From: Chloropicon primus
Lineage: Eukaryota
Direction of reading: 5' to 3'
Assembly (NCBI GenBank): GCA_023205875.1
Contig: CP060756.1
Span: 682,001-746,000, forward strand
DNA: 64,000 nucleotides
The notes below the pieces were generated by a model. That model made no database searches. It was given only the letters and a program-made list of their open reading frames with translations, and was not told the DNA's origin. Of this stretch, positions 62,584-64,000 are shown piece by piece. Position 1 is the first letter of the stretch. Each line of letters opens with the position of its first letter. A program made the position numbers and the translations under genes.

Positions 62584-63792
62584 TCAGTCTTCGTCGTCGC
62601 TCATCAAAATCGCTTTCCCGCGAGTGGTCGCCCTCTTGTCCTCCTCCTTGTCCTCCTCCTCCGAGGACTCGTCCAAACCCCTCGCAAACTTCTGGCGCTT
62701 GATGGTCTGCTCCTCCTCGTCTCCGTCCTTGGCCCTGAGAATTCTCTTCTCTCCCCCCGCGTCTCCCATGTACCTGCCCCTCGAAAGCTCCTCCCTCGCC
62801 CTTCTGGTGGCATCCTCGTCCCAGTCTGGTACCTCCTCCTCGTCGCTTCCTTCCAGGTAGCCCGCCGACAACCCTCTTTCCCTGTACCCGCCGTACGAGT
62901 CCCTCCCGTCGTACGTGAGCCCATACTTCGCCATCTCCTTCTCCTGCTTCTTCTGCATCTTCTCGAGCTGCTTGATCCTGTCCTCCTCCTCCTTGACCCT
63001 CTTCTCGTACTTGATGTTAGGGTTCTCGGTCACCGTGATCTTCTTGACCGACTCCCTCTTCACCCCTTGCTTCTTGTCTATGCCCTTGGAGGCCAAGACG
63101 TGGGCCTTGCTCCTCACCGACGTGGGCCTGAAGGAGAACTTGCTCGCCAGGTCCACGCAGCCCTCCATCAGCTCGCCCTTCTCGTGCCTGGCAAAAACGA
63201 AGACGTTGTCGCCCGTCACGTCCTGCTGGAGGATATCGAGGTGCTCATCGCCCACCTGGAGGGTCTTGGAGCCGTCGGACCACCGCACGATCCGGGCGTT
63301 CGACTCAACAGCCCCCTCGCCGTTCACCCGCCAGCGGATGACGAACTGCTCCCTGCGGTCGCTCCCGCCCCCCTCGGCCTCGAAGGTCTCCGCCACGAAT
63401 TGCCGCTTCTCTATTCCAACGATGTTGCTCAGCTTGGCGAGCACCTTCTCCCTCTTCTCCCCCCCCAGCAAGGTGTCTATGCCCTCGTCGGCCACCATCT
63501 CCACCTCGATAGGTTCCTCGTCGTCCTCGTCGTCTCCCTCGCTATCGTCCGAGTCCTCCAGGCCCAAGGCCTTCCCCCCCGCCTCTCCCTCCCCTTCCCC
63601 CTTCTTCTCAGCCTCCTCGTCCGAGTCCCCACCAAAGAGGTCATCCATGCCCTCGCCGCCCTCGCCGCCTCCTTCCTCCCCACCCCCCGCCTCCTCGGCC
63701 TCCTTCCCACCCTTTCCTCCCTCTCCATTCGCCTCCCCTCCCGATCCCTCCGAGTCGCTCCCGAAGAGGTCCTCCTCCCTCTCCTTGTCCAT
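62584..63792 (-). CDS. LEO1: PAF1 complex subunit LEO1 (VIP4)
   Basis: DLFG repeats in an acidic N-terminus, IRWR...VESNARIVRWSDGSKTLQVGDE and GLSAGYLE. Confidence 0.92.
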   Translation of the reverse strand: MDKEREEDLFGSDSEGSGGEANGEGGKGGKEAEEAGGGEEGGGEGGEGMDDLFGGDSDEEAEKKGEGEGEAGGKALGLEDSDDSEGDDEDDEEPIEVEMVADEGIDTLLGGEKREKVLAKLSNIVGIEKRQFVAETFEAEGGGSDRREQFVIRWRVNGEGAVESNARIVRWSDGSKTLQVGDEHLDILQQDVTGDNVFVFARHEKGELMEGCVDLASKFSFRPTSVRSKAHVLASKGIDKKQGVKRESVKKITVTENPNIKYEKRVKEEEDRIKQLEKMQKKQEKEMAKYGLTYDGRDSYGGYRERGLSAGYLEGSDEEEVPDWDEDATRRAREELSRGRYMGDAGGEKRILRAKDGDEEEQTIKRQKFARGLDESSEEEDKEEDKRATTRGKAILMSDDED

Positions 63793-63890
63793 CCCTTCTA
63801 AAAACCAATTCCTCCGCCCTCCCTCCGCTTCCTTCACGCCACCAATCGAAACCCCTTTGATATGACCTTCCACTCCACTCGCACCTCCCC

Positions 63891-63930
63891 CTCGCCCCCT
63901 CGCCCCCTCGCCCCCTCGCCGCCTCGCCCT
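63891..63930. repeat. (CTCGCCCC)x5 tandem repeat upstream of LEO1
   Basis: Five 8-bp units, the last two imperfect. Confidence 0.85.
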
Positions 63931-64000
63931 AACTCCTCGCCCCTCTTCTCCGCTCCGCTCAGTGACTGCGCGCGCGCCAGTTTTTTCTTACAAGGGAGGA

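Overview
Gene-dense eukaryotic nuclear DNA from a compact, GC-rich green-algal genome. Supporting signs are short GT-AG introns with CTGAC/CTAAC branch points, TGTAA poly(A)-type signals, a Dof gene and plastid-targeted CHLI and FLU; a Chloropicon-like picochlorophyte is my inference. About 35 protein-coding genes are packed with gaps of 20-1000 bp: 1-Cys peroxiredoxin, STMP1-like, DPB4/POLE3, CHLI, two HARE-HTH-like proteins, a TPR+CS co-chaperone, APC1, Dof, GDP-L-galactose phosphorylase (VTC2), a Nup188-like nucleoporin, TOM7, a cyclin, TOP3A, a nucleotide-sugar transporter, a TLC protein, PGM2-like mutase, a BNR/sialidase-like protein, TMEM260, a fascin-like protein, aspartyl aminopeptidase, an NPPF-type N6-adenine methyltransferase, a class II aldolase-like protein, FLU, a DOMON/Cys-repeat protein, GEX1, Der, an HXXEE protein, COMMD4, PhzF and LEO1. 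The standout is a short uORF, below the ORF-track cutoff, in the VTC2 leader. Its peptide matches the conserved land-plant ascorbate-feedback uORF core at 16 of 22 positions against the consensus as I recall it, but it has an in-frame AUG. I saw no rRNA, tRNA, CRISPR array or transposase. All family calls come from motif recognition by eye, not database searches.
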